Below, in pieces: positions 1 through 12,868 of a stretch of 64,000 bases of DNA. Each line of letters starts with the position of its first letter. Within the stretch, counting starts at the first letter, position 1. Made by a program: the position numbers and the translations under genes. The stretch comes from Podarcis erhardii (Eukaryota): NCBI GenBank assembly GCA_964252035.1, contig OZ176204.1. One strand, written 5' to 3'. The notes under the pieces were generated by a model. The model did not search any database and was not told the DNA's origin. It was given only the letters and a program-made list of their open reading frames with translations.

Positions 1-625
1 CCAGTGTGGGCAAATCTTGAGTTTTCCAGCATTTGGCAATGAGTATCCTTGCTGCTGTTGTAGCATACATAAAAAAAGTTCAATACTTCTTTTGCACACT
101 CTGGCCGACAATGCCTAAAAGAAAGGCCTCTGGTTTCTTAGGGAAGGTATACTTAAATACCTTTTTCAGCTCATTGTATATCATTTCCCAGAAAGCCTTC
201 ACTCTAGGGCAAGTCCACCAGAGGTGAAAGAATGTTCCTTCAGCTTCTTTACACTTCCAACATTTATTGTCAGACAAATGGTATATCTTTGCAAGCTTGA
301 CTGGAGTCATGTACCACCTATATATCATTTTCATAATGTTTTCTTTCAAGGCATTACATGCCGTAAATCTCAAACCTGTGGTCCATAACTTTTCCCAGTC
401 AGCAAACATTATGTTGTACCCTATGTCCTGTGCCCATTTTATCATAGCTGATTTGACCGTTTCATCCTGTGTATTCCATTTTAGCAGCAAGTTATACATT
501 CTTGAAAGTATCTTAGAGCTGGGTTCTAACAGTTCTGTTTCTAACTTTGATTTTTCCACCTGGAATCCTAACTTTTTATCTGACTTAAAAGCTTCTTTGA
601 TCTGAGCATAAGTGATTGGCATTTA
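1..625 (-). mobile_element. L1-clade LINE ORF2 3' fragment (5'-truncated, continues past window edge)
   Basis: ORF 80-622 ends in an L1-type cysteine knuckle CWKC-x7-H-x4-C. After the TGA at 80-82 the same frame continues TFFMYATTAARILIAKCWK, typical of an L1 ORF2 C-terminus. Confidence 0.85.
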
Positions 626-1599
626 TAAGCACAGGATAGGAACATTGACTTTGTGCCTAAAGTCTGAAAAAATACATTTTTGTTAAAAATGGCCAAAGCC
701 CACCAAAAGATGACATTTCCAACTCAAATTGCACCCAGGAAGAAATTATTTCCCACATAATTTAAAAGTAACAGAGTGGTTGGGATAAGCAAGAACCCAC
801 ACTCTCTCAAAGACTTCCTGATAAACAGGGATTGGTGTTTAATTAGAGTTGTTATAATCTCCCTTTAATTTGAAACTTGTCACAGGCCTCGAACACTGAT
901 CTAAGTTAATGTAGCTTGTCAAAGAAACTTAAACTGGGATGACAATTTAATAATGCTGGCAAAGAGATCGTGCTTGGAACAAAGTGCTAAAAGGTCCAGG
1001 TTATGTAATATATCCTCTGCTGAGAAAACACCACAGTAGTCCCCATAGTATCAGTTTCAAACCAACCATGGTACAAGTAGTCTCTGAAAATGAGGATGCC
1101 TCTGAAGAAACTGATATATTTTAGTCAAAAATGGGGGCGCTGTAACATGCCAATGAATCATTTATTCCATCTTGACACATGAACAAAGGTGAAAATAAAA
1201 TGTCTGAGAACACATGCCTAGAGAAGCACTGTGGCTCAGAGATAGTTTATTTTCACCTCACTTCTTTCTCTGGATTAGTTATAGGCTACTTTTTAAAAAA
1301 TGAGGATCACTTTGCAGCAGCTTGTCTGGAGAAATCAACTCCTCTTCCAAAGCACATCCTATCTCCATAGCCACTAGTCCATCATCCATTTGTACTGGGA
1401 TGAGTGAAAAAGGCAGCAAGATTATTTTAACTGGGGCATTAGCAGACGCTATGACAGTGCAGAGTTGTCTCAGGCCATCTTGTCCCTGCTCTTACAAACA
1501 TTAACATCCCGGAAAGCTTGAAACTAATCTCCACTGCTGTCTTGCAAGTGGCCTGATTTAAACATGACCCATATGCAGATTTCAAATCATCAGTGTTAG

Positions 1600-1890
1600 C
1601 CTTGGAGCGTCTCCACCCCCATCGTTCTGCCCGGACACTGAGGTCCAGAGCCGAGGGCCTTCTGGCAGTTCCCTCACTGTGAGAAGCCAAGTCACAGGGA
1701 ACCAGGCAGGGGGCCTTCTCGGTAGTGGCACCCGCCCTGTGGAACTCCCTCCCACCAGATGTCAACTACCAGACTTTTAGAAGACATCTGAAGGCAGCCC
1801 TGTTTAGGGTACTGTATTTTAATATCTTGTTGGAAGCCGCCCAGAGTGGCTGGGGAAGCCCAGCCAGATGGGTGGGGTATAAATAATAAA

Positions 1891-1923
<33 letters not shown>

Positions 1924-1945
1924 CATCATCATCATTATTATTATT
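1600..1945 (+). mobile_element. L2 LINE 3' end with (ATT)n tail
   Basis: Translates to L2-like RSARTLRS...AFSVVAPALWNSLP, followed by the GGAAGCCGCCCAGAGTGGCTGGGG...ATAAATAATAAA tail and an ATT microsatellite. Confidence 0.75.
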
Positions 1946-3549
1946 GGTTCTAATCAAGAGACAGAAGCCTCCATCTGCAGCCGAAAAACTGGTTGATTCT
2001 ATGCTGTGCATATATGAAGAAACATCTGCATGGCCTCCTGATTCCATCACTTTCATGTAGGTTTGCAGGAAAATTGAGGGGTTTTGACTGTTCTTTCCAC
2101 ATGGATAGTTGTGAGGGGAAGGTGGTCAGGGACTAATCCCTTGGGTTGGTTCTCAGCTACTAAAGATTTAAAACATCAGTAGTACTTGGGGGCTGAGATC
2201 AGTATCTCCCTGCTCACTTTGGAGGTTTCTGTTGTGGAAAGCCAGAGGCGCCGGCACAGAAAAGCAGGGACCCAGAAGTGCTCTCAGAGACCAAGAGTGG
2301 GCTGTACGGACTCAGGTAGCCCCAGTGGGCATGTGGCCAGTGTGTGGATGAAAGAAGCCCTTCTTCAGAGGCACAAAGGGAAGTCTGTGATGGTACAAGC
2401 TCAAGCATGGGTCTACACAAAGCACCATGGTTGCTCTGGATGTTAAATAAACTTGTTTACAAAAAAAAAGGCCGGGGCTATGTATATAGCTAAGCACACA
2501 AGGGGACTGGCTGTACCCCTTTCATCATTTTGTTGGGACACATGGCAAGGAGTTTTCTTCCTGACTCGTACGTTGAAAGGCAAATTTAAAAACAACCTCC
2601 AAAAGGCACAATGGGAATAAAAAGGAATCCTCTTTCACAGGGTGTGATATCCAACACATATGTCACTTTTAGAAAAGTTACAACCATATTATAGTATGTT
2701 CATTCACTGCCATTTTCATAAACTGAACTGGGCCGGGCTCCTCCCCCTTCAGAGGCCATCGGAACCAACCGCCTTGTGAAAGAGAGAACGTTGGGTTGGA
2801 AAGCTGTTTTCTGAAACAAAGACCTGTTGCAGAACTGTGAGCAGCCAACAGCAGCAAGCCCGTATGTTATTGCCTTGTAACCAAGATCTAGTGCCCAAGT
2901 TTGCTTCTCCCTCCCCAATCCTTTTTCCTTTTGTGTCACATATTTTTAAATTACAAGCCTTGGGGCAGAGACTGGCTCTTTTTTTGTACCCTAAAAAGAA
3001 TGAGGTAAAATGCTTTACAATTATAAGTAATAAATATTATATGTTGACCTTCTAAGTCACCCTGAAAGTTGTTTAGCTTTTTAAGGACAAAATAAAAATG
3101 ATTAACGTAAATTATCAAAGTAAATAAATAATGGAATTTTATCTGGGTTTCACCCATTACCTTTTTAAATGCTATTTATGTTCTAAGGCAGTTCTAAGGT
3201 AATAGGGAAATCTAAACAGTCCAATGCATTAACTGCCCTGAGATCTTTTGATGGAAGGTGGGTTGTTTGTTTGTTTGGCAAACTTATAAGGCAGAACTTT
3301 CATCCTGGATAAAAGAAAAAAGGGGCAAGTTCCTAAATGCCTGCTCATTACATCACAAATGCAATATTCAAATGATGAATGACTGAGCAATCACAGATAA
3401 AATACAACAGAGAAATTCATTATCTCCTCCAGCGCAAAGCACTTCCAACGGTCAGCTCATACATACAGCTGTGAGTCAAGTGTTGAAAAATGCGGGGATA
3501 AGACATCAAGGGATGTACCAACAATATGAAGAGAGAGAGAGAGAGCGCA

Positions 3550-4189
3550 CAACAGTGTGACGCGGCAGCTAAAAAAGCCAATGCAATTCTGGGCTGCATC
3601 AATAGGAGTATAGCATCTAGATCAAGGGAAGTAATAGTGCCACTGTATTCTGCTCTGGTCAGACCTCACCTGGAGTACTGTGTCCAGTTCTGGGCACCAC
3701 AGTTCAAGAAGGACACTGACAAACTGGAACGTGTCCAGAGGAGGGCAACCAAAATGGTCAAAGGCCTGGAAACGATGCCTTATGAGGAACGGCTAAGGGA
3801 GCTGGGCATCTTTAGCCTGGAGAAGAGGAGGTTAAGGGGTGATATGATAGCCATGTTCAAATATATAAAAGGATGTCACATAGAGGAGGGAGAAAGGTTG
3901 TTTTCTGCTGCTCCAGAGAAGCGGACACGGAGCAATGGATCCAAACTACAAGAAAGAAGATTCCACCTAAACATTAGGAAGAACTTCCTGACAGTAAGAG
4001 CTGTTTGACAGTGGAATTTGCTGCCAAGGAGTGTGGTGGAGTCTCCTTCTTTGGAGGTCTTTAAGCAGAGGCTTGACAACCATATGTCAGGAGTGCTCTG
4101 ATGGTGCTCTGATGCTTGGCAGGGGGTTGGACTTGATGGCCCTTGTGGTCTCTTCCAACTCTATGATTCTATGATTCTATTCTATGATT
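3550..4189 (+). mobile_element. CR1 LINE 3' fragment
   Basis: ORF 3526-4008 has CR1 ORF2 C-terminal motifs ([42 protein letters not shown]). The 3' end has the CR1 TTCCAACTCTATGATTCTATG octamer tail. Confidence 0.95.
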
Positions 4190-5194
4190 GTGTAAAGAAA
4201 AGTTATGAGATTGCCTGTGTTGAAAGGCTCATTGCTGGATACAGAGCTAAACCAAGAAATAAATTGCACTTTAAAGCGAAATGAAAATGCTAAAATCAAT
4301 AGCAAGTCCCTTGGTCAATACTCCCAAATATTATCAGTACTGTGGAGACAAAGAAATGCAATGTGGCATCAAACAATGTTGTTGCAACCATTCTGCCAAG
4401 TTCCAATAAGGAAAAGCAATGCAAATAAAATACTGCAACACACTGTAGAGAAAATGATTAACAGATTTATCACGTATGGGATTCTTCTACCATATATGAA
4501 AGCCAGGACGCACATTTTATGGTAAAAATATAATACCCTTTTTGGTCTCGTAAGCAGATGACTTCTTCTGCTGCTTCTGGAAGCGAAGAGTCCTCACACA
4601 TTAAAACAATATATTTTATTGTATGAAGGGGTACAGATGATGTTCCTAAAGAGGCAATGTTGTTTGCGCCAAGTCAAAGATGGGAATATCATCTCATTTT
4701 CCCTGCTGTTAATTAGCAAAATATATGTTGACTCCTTTGATGCAACCTACCAAAGACAAAGCATTGTCACGAATGCTCATGGTCAGGAATTAAGCAGCTT
4801 CAAAGCTCCAGTACTGTCAATCCAAATGCAACGAAGATAGGGTGAACATATTGATAATGGCTTTTTATTATGGCTTTGGAAACTCCATTACCATTTATAT
4901 CTGCAAGTGAAACACCACAAGCTTCTAACAAGCCCTGTGTAGCTTTTGTATGGCTTGTGTGTTCCATGTCTGTCTAAAATGTACTGCGAAGGTCAAGTAC
5001 ATTCAAAGTTTGTAATGAGCAAGCTGATGGTGGAATCCTAGGCATACATGTCTACTCAGAAGTAAGTCCTATTCAATGGAACTTCCTTCCAGGTAAGGGA
5101 TATAGGATTGTAGCCCATGAGCCTTGAAACATTACAAATCCAGTTAAAGGATCTCAGGTACATTATTTTCCCACATACGGCTCTGTTCTGCCCC

Positions 5195-5331
5195 AGGGGT
5201 AACCAATCTGGAGACTTCCAGATATTGTTGGACCACGGCTCCCATCACCCGAAGCCAGCAAGGACAATGGTCAGATAAGACAGGAATTGTAATCAAAACC
5301 ATCTTTAGGGCCACAAGTTAGCCACCGCTGT
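5195..5331. mobile_element. ~130 bp near-palindromic hAT-like MITE (degenerate)
   Basis: Shares the CCAGAT(G/A)TTGTTGGAC...CTCCCATCA...CATCT..GGGCCA..GTTAGCCACC pattern with the copies at 24963-25092, 42771-42909 and 43983-44125. Confidence 0.55.
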
Positions 5332-6248
5332 TTTATTCAGTTGTCACACGAACAGACTGCCCAGTCCAAGAGTGTTTTTTAAAAGGGATTGGGGAATTGC
5401 AGTTAGGTTACTTTTAAGCTTACAGTTTTAAAATCGTATTTTGCATAAATGTTTTTCTGACACTGAATTCCATTGGTGTTCTCAGCATTGAACAAATAGG
5501 CACACGTGGATCTTTCCAAAGGGAACACACTGATTAGGACTTGTGTACACTCTCTCTCTCTCTGTGTTTAATAATTAGAATTTTGTACTGATGACTCAAA
5601 TTCAGCACTAAGAAAAATGATGCCCTACAGTTTATGTATGATGCAAGTGGTGTGTGATGCATCTTGTATATATGCATTTTGTAATGTTTGCCTGCTTCAT
5701 GTAATTTCTTCTATGAAGCAAGGATAGGGATATACACTTGGAAAAGACACTAAAACCTGTCTTCTGGGCCACTAAATCTCTTATTCTGCCACTTGTCTAC
5801 AGATTTCACCACTGCAGTATTCCTATACATTTATCTTCACAGACGGGACTAAAAACTTCCTTTTTAAAAAATCATAATTCTCATGGTGCTGAATTATATA
5901 TACAATACCAAATTCCACATTTGTATGGTGCCAGCACAAGAGACACAGTCCTAAAAATGATAATTTAACCTAAGTTTGCTGCTGACAACTCTTCAAGGTT
6001 TTAGGGCACCAATGTTTTTCCAGCTGCACACAAACTCACTGAAACCTGCTCCTCAGTCCATAAAATGCTACCCATAGCTTCTCTGTTTTGCCTAGATTTT
6101 AGATACTTCTCTTACTCAGCACTAGCAATCAATACTCTGATTGAATTCCACTTTGACTGGAGAAGGAACACAAGATGCTTGGGAGATTTGAGGGAACAAG
6201 TAAAGAGGTCAGAGCTGCAATGGTAGTTTGGAAAGAAATCCAACTTAC

Positions 6249-6321
6249 CTGTTTCCACAAAAGGGACCAGAACTCCAGACAGTGTCAGCAGGATGATACG
6301 AAGGACCTTGGTGTGGGGCAT
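6249..6321 (-). CDS. SNORC: SNORC (C2orf82, small cartilage proteoglycan) first coding exon, signal peptide
   Basis: ATG at 6321 gives MPHTKVLRIILLTLSGVLVPFVET plus 1 nt, then a GTAAGT donor. It aligns with human [24 protein letters not shown] (24 aa, SGVL core; human sequence recalled) and is syntenic, downstream of GIGYF2 on the same strand. Exon 2 was not found in the window. Confidence 0.85.
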
Positions 6322-9300
6322 TGCCTCCTTCGGGAAGTGATATGCCTTTGGGAATGCTCAGACTCTCTGAAGCCTTTAATGAGGAAGCAACCTTTCCTGG
6401 AGCTAATGAAAACCTTGTCCAATTAGCTCTCAAGCCTTTTCACATGTGTATACGACACAGAGAGAATTGCAAATACTCTGCAGAGGCTCAGCTCATTCAC
6501 ACACACAGATTCAGACAGATCTACCTCTTCATGCCAGAAGGCAGCTCCACCCATGTTGTCTTCCACCCCCACCCCACCCCAAATTCTACCGTTGGTCCTT
6601 GGAAACCAACCCTCCCCACCAGAGCAAAGCCCACACCCTCTGGCAGTTAGCTGCGAAACCCAAAAGGCGCCAAGGACTGCACCGGGTTTCTAACAACTGG
6701 CGTACACATCTAACATCACCATATGTTAAGGACAGTGGTGAATAACAGCATTCATTAAAAATTCTAAACCCGAAGTAGACACATATTTGGATAAGCTGTA
6801 GCATACATCCTGCAAGTATTCAGTCCAACATTTAACTGGGGAATAATGATGACCACAAAACCTTCTGGGTTATCGGAAGTGTCCAACTGAACACTAACAC
6901 ACACTCAAGGCAAAGTGGGGTGAAAACTACTGATATTTGCTGCATTTTATGAAATCCCAATTGATTTAACTCTCCTCTGATGCAGGTTTCTGTAAAGGTT
7001 TCTTCTTCGTTCAAACAACTGAACAGTTTCTTCAGCCAGAGACATGGAAAGATTTGAACAAAGACTTGAACATTTCAGAGATCACTCACTGCTGCTTTGA
7101 GATACTGATAGGCTAATGATCGCACACATTCACTTTGAAGTGAAGCACCACTGATTAAGTATTTCTTATTGAATGAACACTTAAAATATAGAGACCGGGG
7201 GGGGGGGGCATTTCCAGAGACAAACCACTTCAGGTTTGAATAGCTACAGTGCCCAGTTTACATGTGATCTCAAAGCATCCAATAGTAGTTGGGCACTTTG
7301 AAATCCTTAACAGCAACGAACAAGTTTGTCCTAAAGTTTACATTCAAACTGCAACATAAACATCTTTGCTCAGAGCATTTTACTGGAAAAACAAGCCAAC
7401 GATCAAATGGTTTTCTTTCCCGGGGCAACTGTAGTCCCTTTTCATTTTTGAAAAAAGGGGATGGGGAAAGAGAGAGAAATCAAGAACCAATCTGCAACCA
7501 CATTATAACTTTATCTGCTATAGTTGTGAAAACAATTGGTTCTAAACTGTTGTTTAGAGGTATCTTTGTAGATGGGAAACCACATCTGGCAGCTTTTAGA
7601 AAAGTCAGTATTTACTTCATTATTTATATTTACTACAAACTCATTGATATATAGAGTTCCAACTTGTTCTTTAAAAGGCTGCCAGCCCCTTTTGAAGCAA
7701 CAGTGCTATTATATTAAACGCAAATTGTGTAGTTTGTTTCATGATCAAGTATTGGATTATAATAAAAGTTGCACACTGCAGTACAATGAAGAAGTAGTGT
7801 GACTGGGAGAATTTTTGGAAGGTGACAGATGTCTACTGTTCTTTCCATCAATCAAAACTTATTTTCTGACAGGATAATTATGTGCACTGAGCCTGTCAAT
7901 CAGAATACTTTGCACTGTGTCACATATGAACTTTTAGGATGGCTTTTCTGAGCTATGCTACAAAATAGAATTTTGCAGAGACTGTGAAAACGTTTTCCAT
8001 TACATTTGCATGCCCAATTAAAAGGAATGTGGTTTTCTTAAATCCTGAGATTAAATAGCATCTAGTGCACCTCATTTTACTCTTATGTATTTCACAGGAA
8101 TACCATTATACCTTTCCAGTGCACACAACAGTTTGAAAGCACAGTGGGAACAAATAGAGCTATTAATGTAAACACAGATGGTCATTCACCAAATTATAAC
8201 TTTCCATTTTGTGTATGGAGCCACTTTGGCAAGCCCGTGTTGTATTTGGTAGTCTGTATTACCTTGTCAAATGGTCACATCTGCACCTACCATGGTATTT
8301 TAAACAAACAATTTGAAGTGATTTTTTTTATCTTACCCTTTGGACAAAACCACGTGGTAAGCCAGCCAACAATGCCCTGCAAAGTAGTGATGATAAAATT
8401 GCATTTCTGAACCTAATCTGAAATTCAAGGCAGCAGGGGAGTGGTAAGATTTTCCTTACCACTTGGCAGCACAGTAAGAATGCCTTGATTTATGAAGCTG
8501 TTCCCATGCACAACACCGTTGCATTAAGTTACCATTAAGCAAATCTTTAACACAGGCAGTACACTATAGATGGGCGTGCACAACCATTTGCCTAGATTGT
8601 GCATATGACCAACAGTAAGCTGCACTGTCCTCTCAAATGGTAAGGAGAAACTTGTCATTCCCATTTCCACGGATTTCAGGGGCAGAAATACAGTACAATT
8701 CCAACCAACGCCATCATTGGACAAGACAATACAAAGTGTTCCAAGTGGCTACATGTACACTGGGGGTTTATATAATCTATACCCCAATTTTCTACATTAA
8801 TGTGTACTCAAAGCAGCTTTTACAAGTTTTGCTTGAGAAAATGTTAAGTGACAAAACAATGCACTTAAAAAAGCCTCGTTATGCTTAAATTATTGAAAGG
8901 CAAATGGTAATCTGAAACCATTATACCTTGCCTCCCAAGTGATTTTATTCCCATTGTGGTAAATTACCACTGATTGACTCCAGACCAACGTACACCATCA
9001 GGAAACAAAATCACCACATACCAATCCTTTCTAAAATGTCAATGAATGTGACACAGACCATTCTTTTCTTCTTTTTACAGCAAAGTGATACTTCTGAAAA
9101 AGCTATTAATATATTGTGATACCATTCCATCATGTCAGAGGCTGTGCATGTGTGTGAGCAATAGCAATCCTACAAAATTGCTGAGTTCAATTCCTCAATG
9201 TTGGAGACCTAGGAGGGAATCGCTTGCAATACAACTATGTGTAAAGCTCAGCTCAGCATGTTAAGGCACTTACATAAGCAGCTGACCATATTTGGTTGGT

Positions 9301-10414
9301 TTTAACCATGTCACTGTAGATACCCTGAAAGGAAGGGTTGCTCTGGGTGTTTAAAATCTGCTCAAATCCCATGAGAAGCTGCTCACCCAAACAACTTACT
9401 ACATGTCCATGTATTTACATTACAGGATGCTTTATGTACGAAAAAGGTCTTGAAATAAGGTACATTTGTGTTCTTACCTACAATCTCCCACCCTGCTGCA
9501 AAGTTTTACTAGAATAAATTTGATTTAGCATGAATTTTAAATTCTTCTACAGCCCAAAATTATTCCTATTCAAGTAAACAAAATGTGGCTACTAGAGCAG
9601 GGCCTTGTTCTTAGGTATGGTACAAAATAAGCTACACTTCAATGGTTTTCTAAGAAATAGATGACCAAGACAGATGTTCAGTTGTAAACTTATAAATACT
9701 GGAGGGGAAGAGAAGAAAAATATACAGGTGAGAAATCTAAAATGTTTTATAGGAAGCCTGACACTTAGGGGTTGATCAATTTCATTTGGTTTGGGTCACT
9801 GATCATTTCCTTCACCCCATCATCATATTTCAGTGTAATTATTTTGAAAACACAAAAGAAGCAATGAAAACTATTCTTGGAAAAATGTGAAACAAGCTGC
9901 CTATGTCTATATTTAAGAGCCACACAAAATCCCCTCTGTCCCTAAAGGCCAGTGTATTCTCGGCTTGGGTTACAGAACCATTGCTTTGGTTTGCAAAAAA
10001 AAATAAAAAATGTTGGGGTTGGTATAGCACTTGCTGTTTTGTTCACAGTGGGCTTATTAATGTTTTTTTTTACATGTTTACAGCTTAAAAAAGAACTAGC
10101 CAGGCTTAGTCCTCTTGCATAAACAACACAAGAACATGAATGGGTATGTGTCCGCAGATGAAAGAAGGGAAGAGTGAAGATTTGTCGAACATTTCCAATC
10201 TCAACTTAACTGATGTTTATTTTCACCTCTAAAATTATCAAGTAGCAAAACCACCAACATTCCTCCAGGGGTATGAAATAAAGCAGCTGCTGTCCCTCCA
10301 TGTCCTGTGTACTTGATTGTTACTTGATGGAACAGGCACTGGTAGAGTTCTAGGTCAAGTTTAGCACCGGAAAGGATTGCCAAAGCTGGCTTTGACAAAA
10401 GCAAACAATGTGTG

Positions 10415-12057
10415 CTCAGGTATTAATACAACCAGGTTTTATTTAAGTTCTCTCTTCTTTTTTATTACCCCCATACTAGCAAGAGTTCCGAGGGAATTTA
10501 AAGTTCTGTAAACATTAACTACCCCCTTCCCCCCTTTGTAAGTTTACAAAGCAAAGGAGATCAGGAGACCAGATCTGTGACAGCACCTAGCCTCACTGAG
10601 CTACCAGATCCAAAAACTATATACAAATCTGCAGCTGTCTCTGTAAGAGTTACTGTACATGTTGGGGGTGGGGGAGAGGGGTAAGAGAGAAGAAAATCAA
10701 AAGAAATAAAATCTAAATTAATCTGCTCTGGAGCAACTTCAGTTGTCTTCTTCAGGCGATGATGGCAGACCAAGGTCTTCATACAGCAGCGCAACTTCCG
10801 TGGGCACATTGCAGCCCTGTGCAAGTGGGAGCGTGGAGGGTGGGGGTTTAGAACTAAGTGCAATTGCCACTTCAGACTTTTTAACATTCTGGGGTAAGGA
10901 ATGGAGAAGGTGGATTACATAAATATATAAGCACAATGGATTGGAAGTAATGGGAGAGTGTACTATATAGTAAAAACCAGCACACCTCGCTTTATCCCCC
11001 TCCATGTGATATTTATAAAGAGACTCTGCCAATGCTCAGATTCCTTGCCTCATTTATTTCACTTTCAAGACGACAGCTCCCTGTTCCTTGGCGTTAATGC
11101 TGCTGCAGAACTTACAAAACTCTGAACCACCATCACGTGTGACCAGATGAAATCTGGCTCGGTTTCAGGTTCCAAAGGTAGTGTCAACTCCCACAAAAAA
11201 ACCAACTGGTGAAGATACATATGGTAAAGATCCTATGCGTCTCTGAAACGAGACAAATTCACAGCAGAAGGGTCCAAAATAACTGGCCCAATCACTTTGG
11301 AGGAAGTATAATTAAAGGAGAAAATCAGCCTGAAGGAAAAGATGTGTGCCTCCTCCCACAATTTGAGTCCCCAATTGTTCAGGAAGGCTGGAGTGTGCTG
11401 AAGCATGAACTCCAGCATCTTTGACATCACTACCCAATGAAGACAGACTTGAACTCCTCCAAATTCAATGTGCTGAAGAAGGCCTGGCAGGGATGTGCAT
11501 TGCCAAACCAATCCAAGCTGAATGCTGCCCACCACCACCATTCCCTGCTGTTGCCAGTTCTACAGTTATGAATGCACTTCCTGGTTCGGAAGGCATCTTT
11601 TGCCCTGATGGAGCATGGAAGTCAGTATCTGCGTGGCATTTTGGTTCTGAATTACATCTGTTAACCATGAGCTCTCCACTATGATTGCACCAGTTAAATG
11701 TGACGAGAATGACAAGAGAAGAAAAGGAAGCTACCATATGTAGACCTCCAAATGGCTTTACAAATAGCTTGGGAGAAGAAATCACAGCACCGTGATTTGC
11801 ACTCGGCCTCATACATAAATCTTCTTTCCCACCTATCCAGAAGAGAGAACCAGAGGCTGATAAAAATGAAGGTGGTTGTGCAATCCTGGGCAGAAAAGGG
11901 CTTGGTTGAGGCTAGAAATAGCAGCCTGAGATGATTTGATTCTGTGATCCATTTGCAAGGCAAAGATGACTGCTGCAGCAGATAGAAAAGACTCTGTCCA
12001 GCAGTGGAGAATGCATGGTTAACAGGACACAGGAAAAGCCAGGCGAGTTGCATATAC
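10415..12057 (-). other. GIGYF2: GIGYF2 3' UTR (~1.6 kb, end approximate)
   Basis: Runs from the stop codon to the polyA signals. No recognisable transposon interrupts it. Confidence 0.7.
10438..10466 (-). terminator. GIGYF2: Tandem AATAAA polyadenylation signals of GIGYF2
   Basis: TTTATT on plus at 10438-10443 and 10461-10466. A U/GU-rich tract (ATTGTTTGCTTTTG) follows on the minus strand near 10395-10410. Confidence 0.7.
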
Positions 12058-12125
12058 TCAGTAGTCATCCAAAGTCTCTATTTCTCCCATGTTGAGCCGC
12101 TCTGAAGAGGCATTGACAGAGAAAC
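12058..12125 (-). CDS. GIGYF2: GIGYF2 last coding exon
   Basis: TTTTGCAG acceptor; (G)FSVNASSERLNMGEIETLDDY-TGA matches the GIGYF2 C-terminus. Confidence 0.97.
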
Positions 12126-12720
12126 CTGCAAAACAAGACAGACAGATTTCTTAGTGCACAGATGTGTACAGCTTATTCCCAGATCTTACATGTCTTCATA
12201 AAGTAATCCATATATATTAAAGACAATATTGAAGGCAGCACCTGCCATCAATCCAGCTATTTTTTCTAGTGCTTTCAGCTCCTGCTTTAAGGATATTTAC
12301 ACAATAAAAGCATGAGTGAGTAATCTTCCCAATAAACCCCCAAGTTATACACAAATATTGAAGAAATTTTCATCTTTTATAAATCTGCTAATCATTTCCT
12401 AGCAATTTGAGAAACAAGAGAGAAACGAGCAAAGGGGAGGGCTAGTAATCAAGACTAAAATAGACTGACAGGCACGCACAAAACCTTCAACGCTTACTAG
12501 CCTGTCTTCCCCCCACATATCTGAGTGTGAATGGAACCAACTAATGTTGGGGCAAGCAGAGGTAAGAGCTGGAGTGGTGATGTCCAGGCAACACCTAAAT
12601 CTGGCTACAGCTCCAAGAGGGGAAGAAAGCACCCAGCAGCCATCCCTGATTCTGGAATCTTAGCTTTTATTTTCCCCTTCTGACTCTTGCTCCATTTATT
12701 TAATGTACCACAAAACTTGC

Positions 12721-12868
12721 CTAACAAGCTGGGATCTGCTCGAACCATTTTTTGTTTCTTCTTCTTTTTACCACTCTGCACTGCCTCAAAGTTGGATTGC
12801 TGGTTGTTGCTCTGATTAGTCTGAAAGACCGAATGCAGTGAACTGTGGTTCATCCCCCACACAGAATC
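12721..12868 (-). CDS. GIGYF2: GIGYF2 exon (in-window 24)
   Basis: DSVWGMNHSSLHSVFQTNQSNNQQSNFEAVQSGKKKKKQKMVRADPSLL(G), 148 nt; donor is GCAAGT. Confidence 0.95.

Noticed and set aside
1-6248. SNORC exon 2
   Set aside because: No TLWNEP-like coding segment found by eye; probably left of the window.
10561-12068. Several 60-124 aa ORFs
   Set aside because: Chance frames within the GIGYF2 3' UTR with no recognisable domains.
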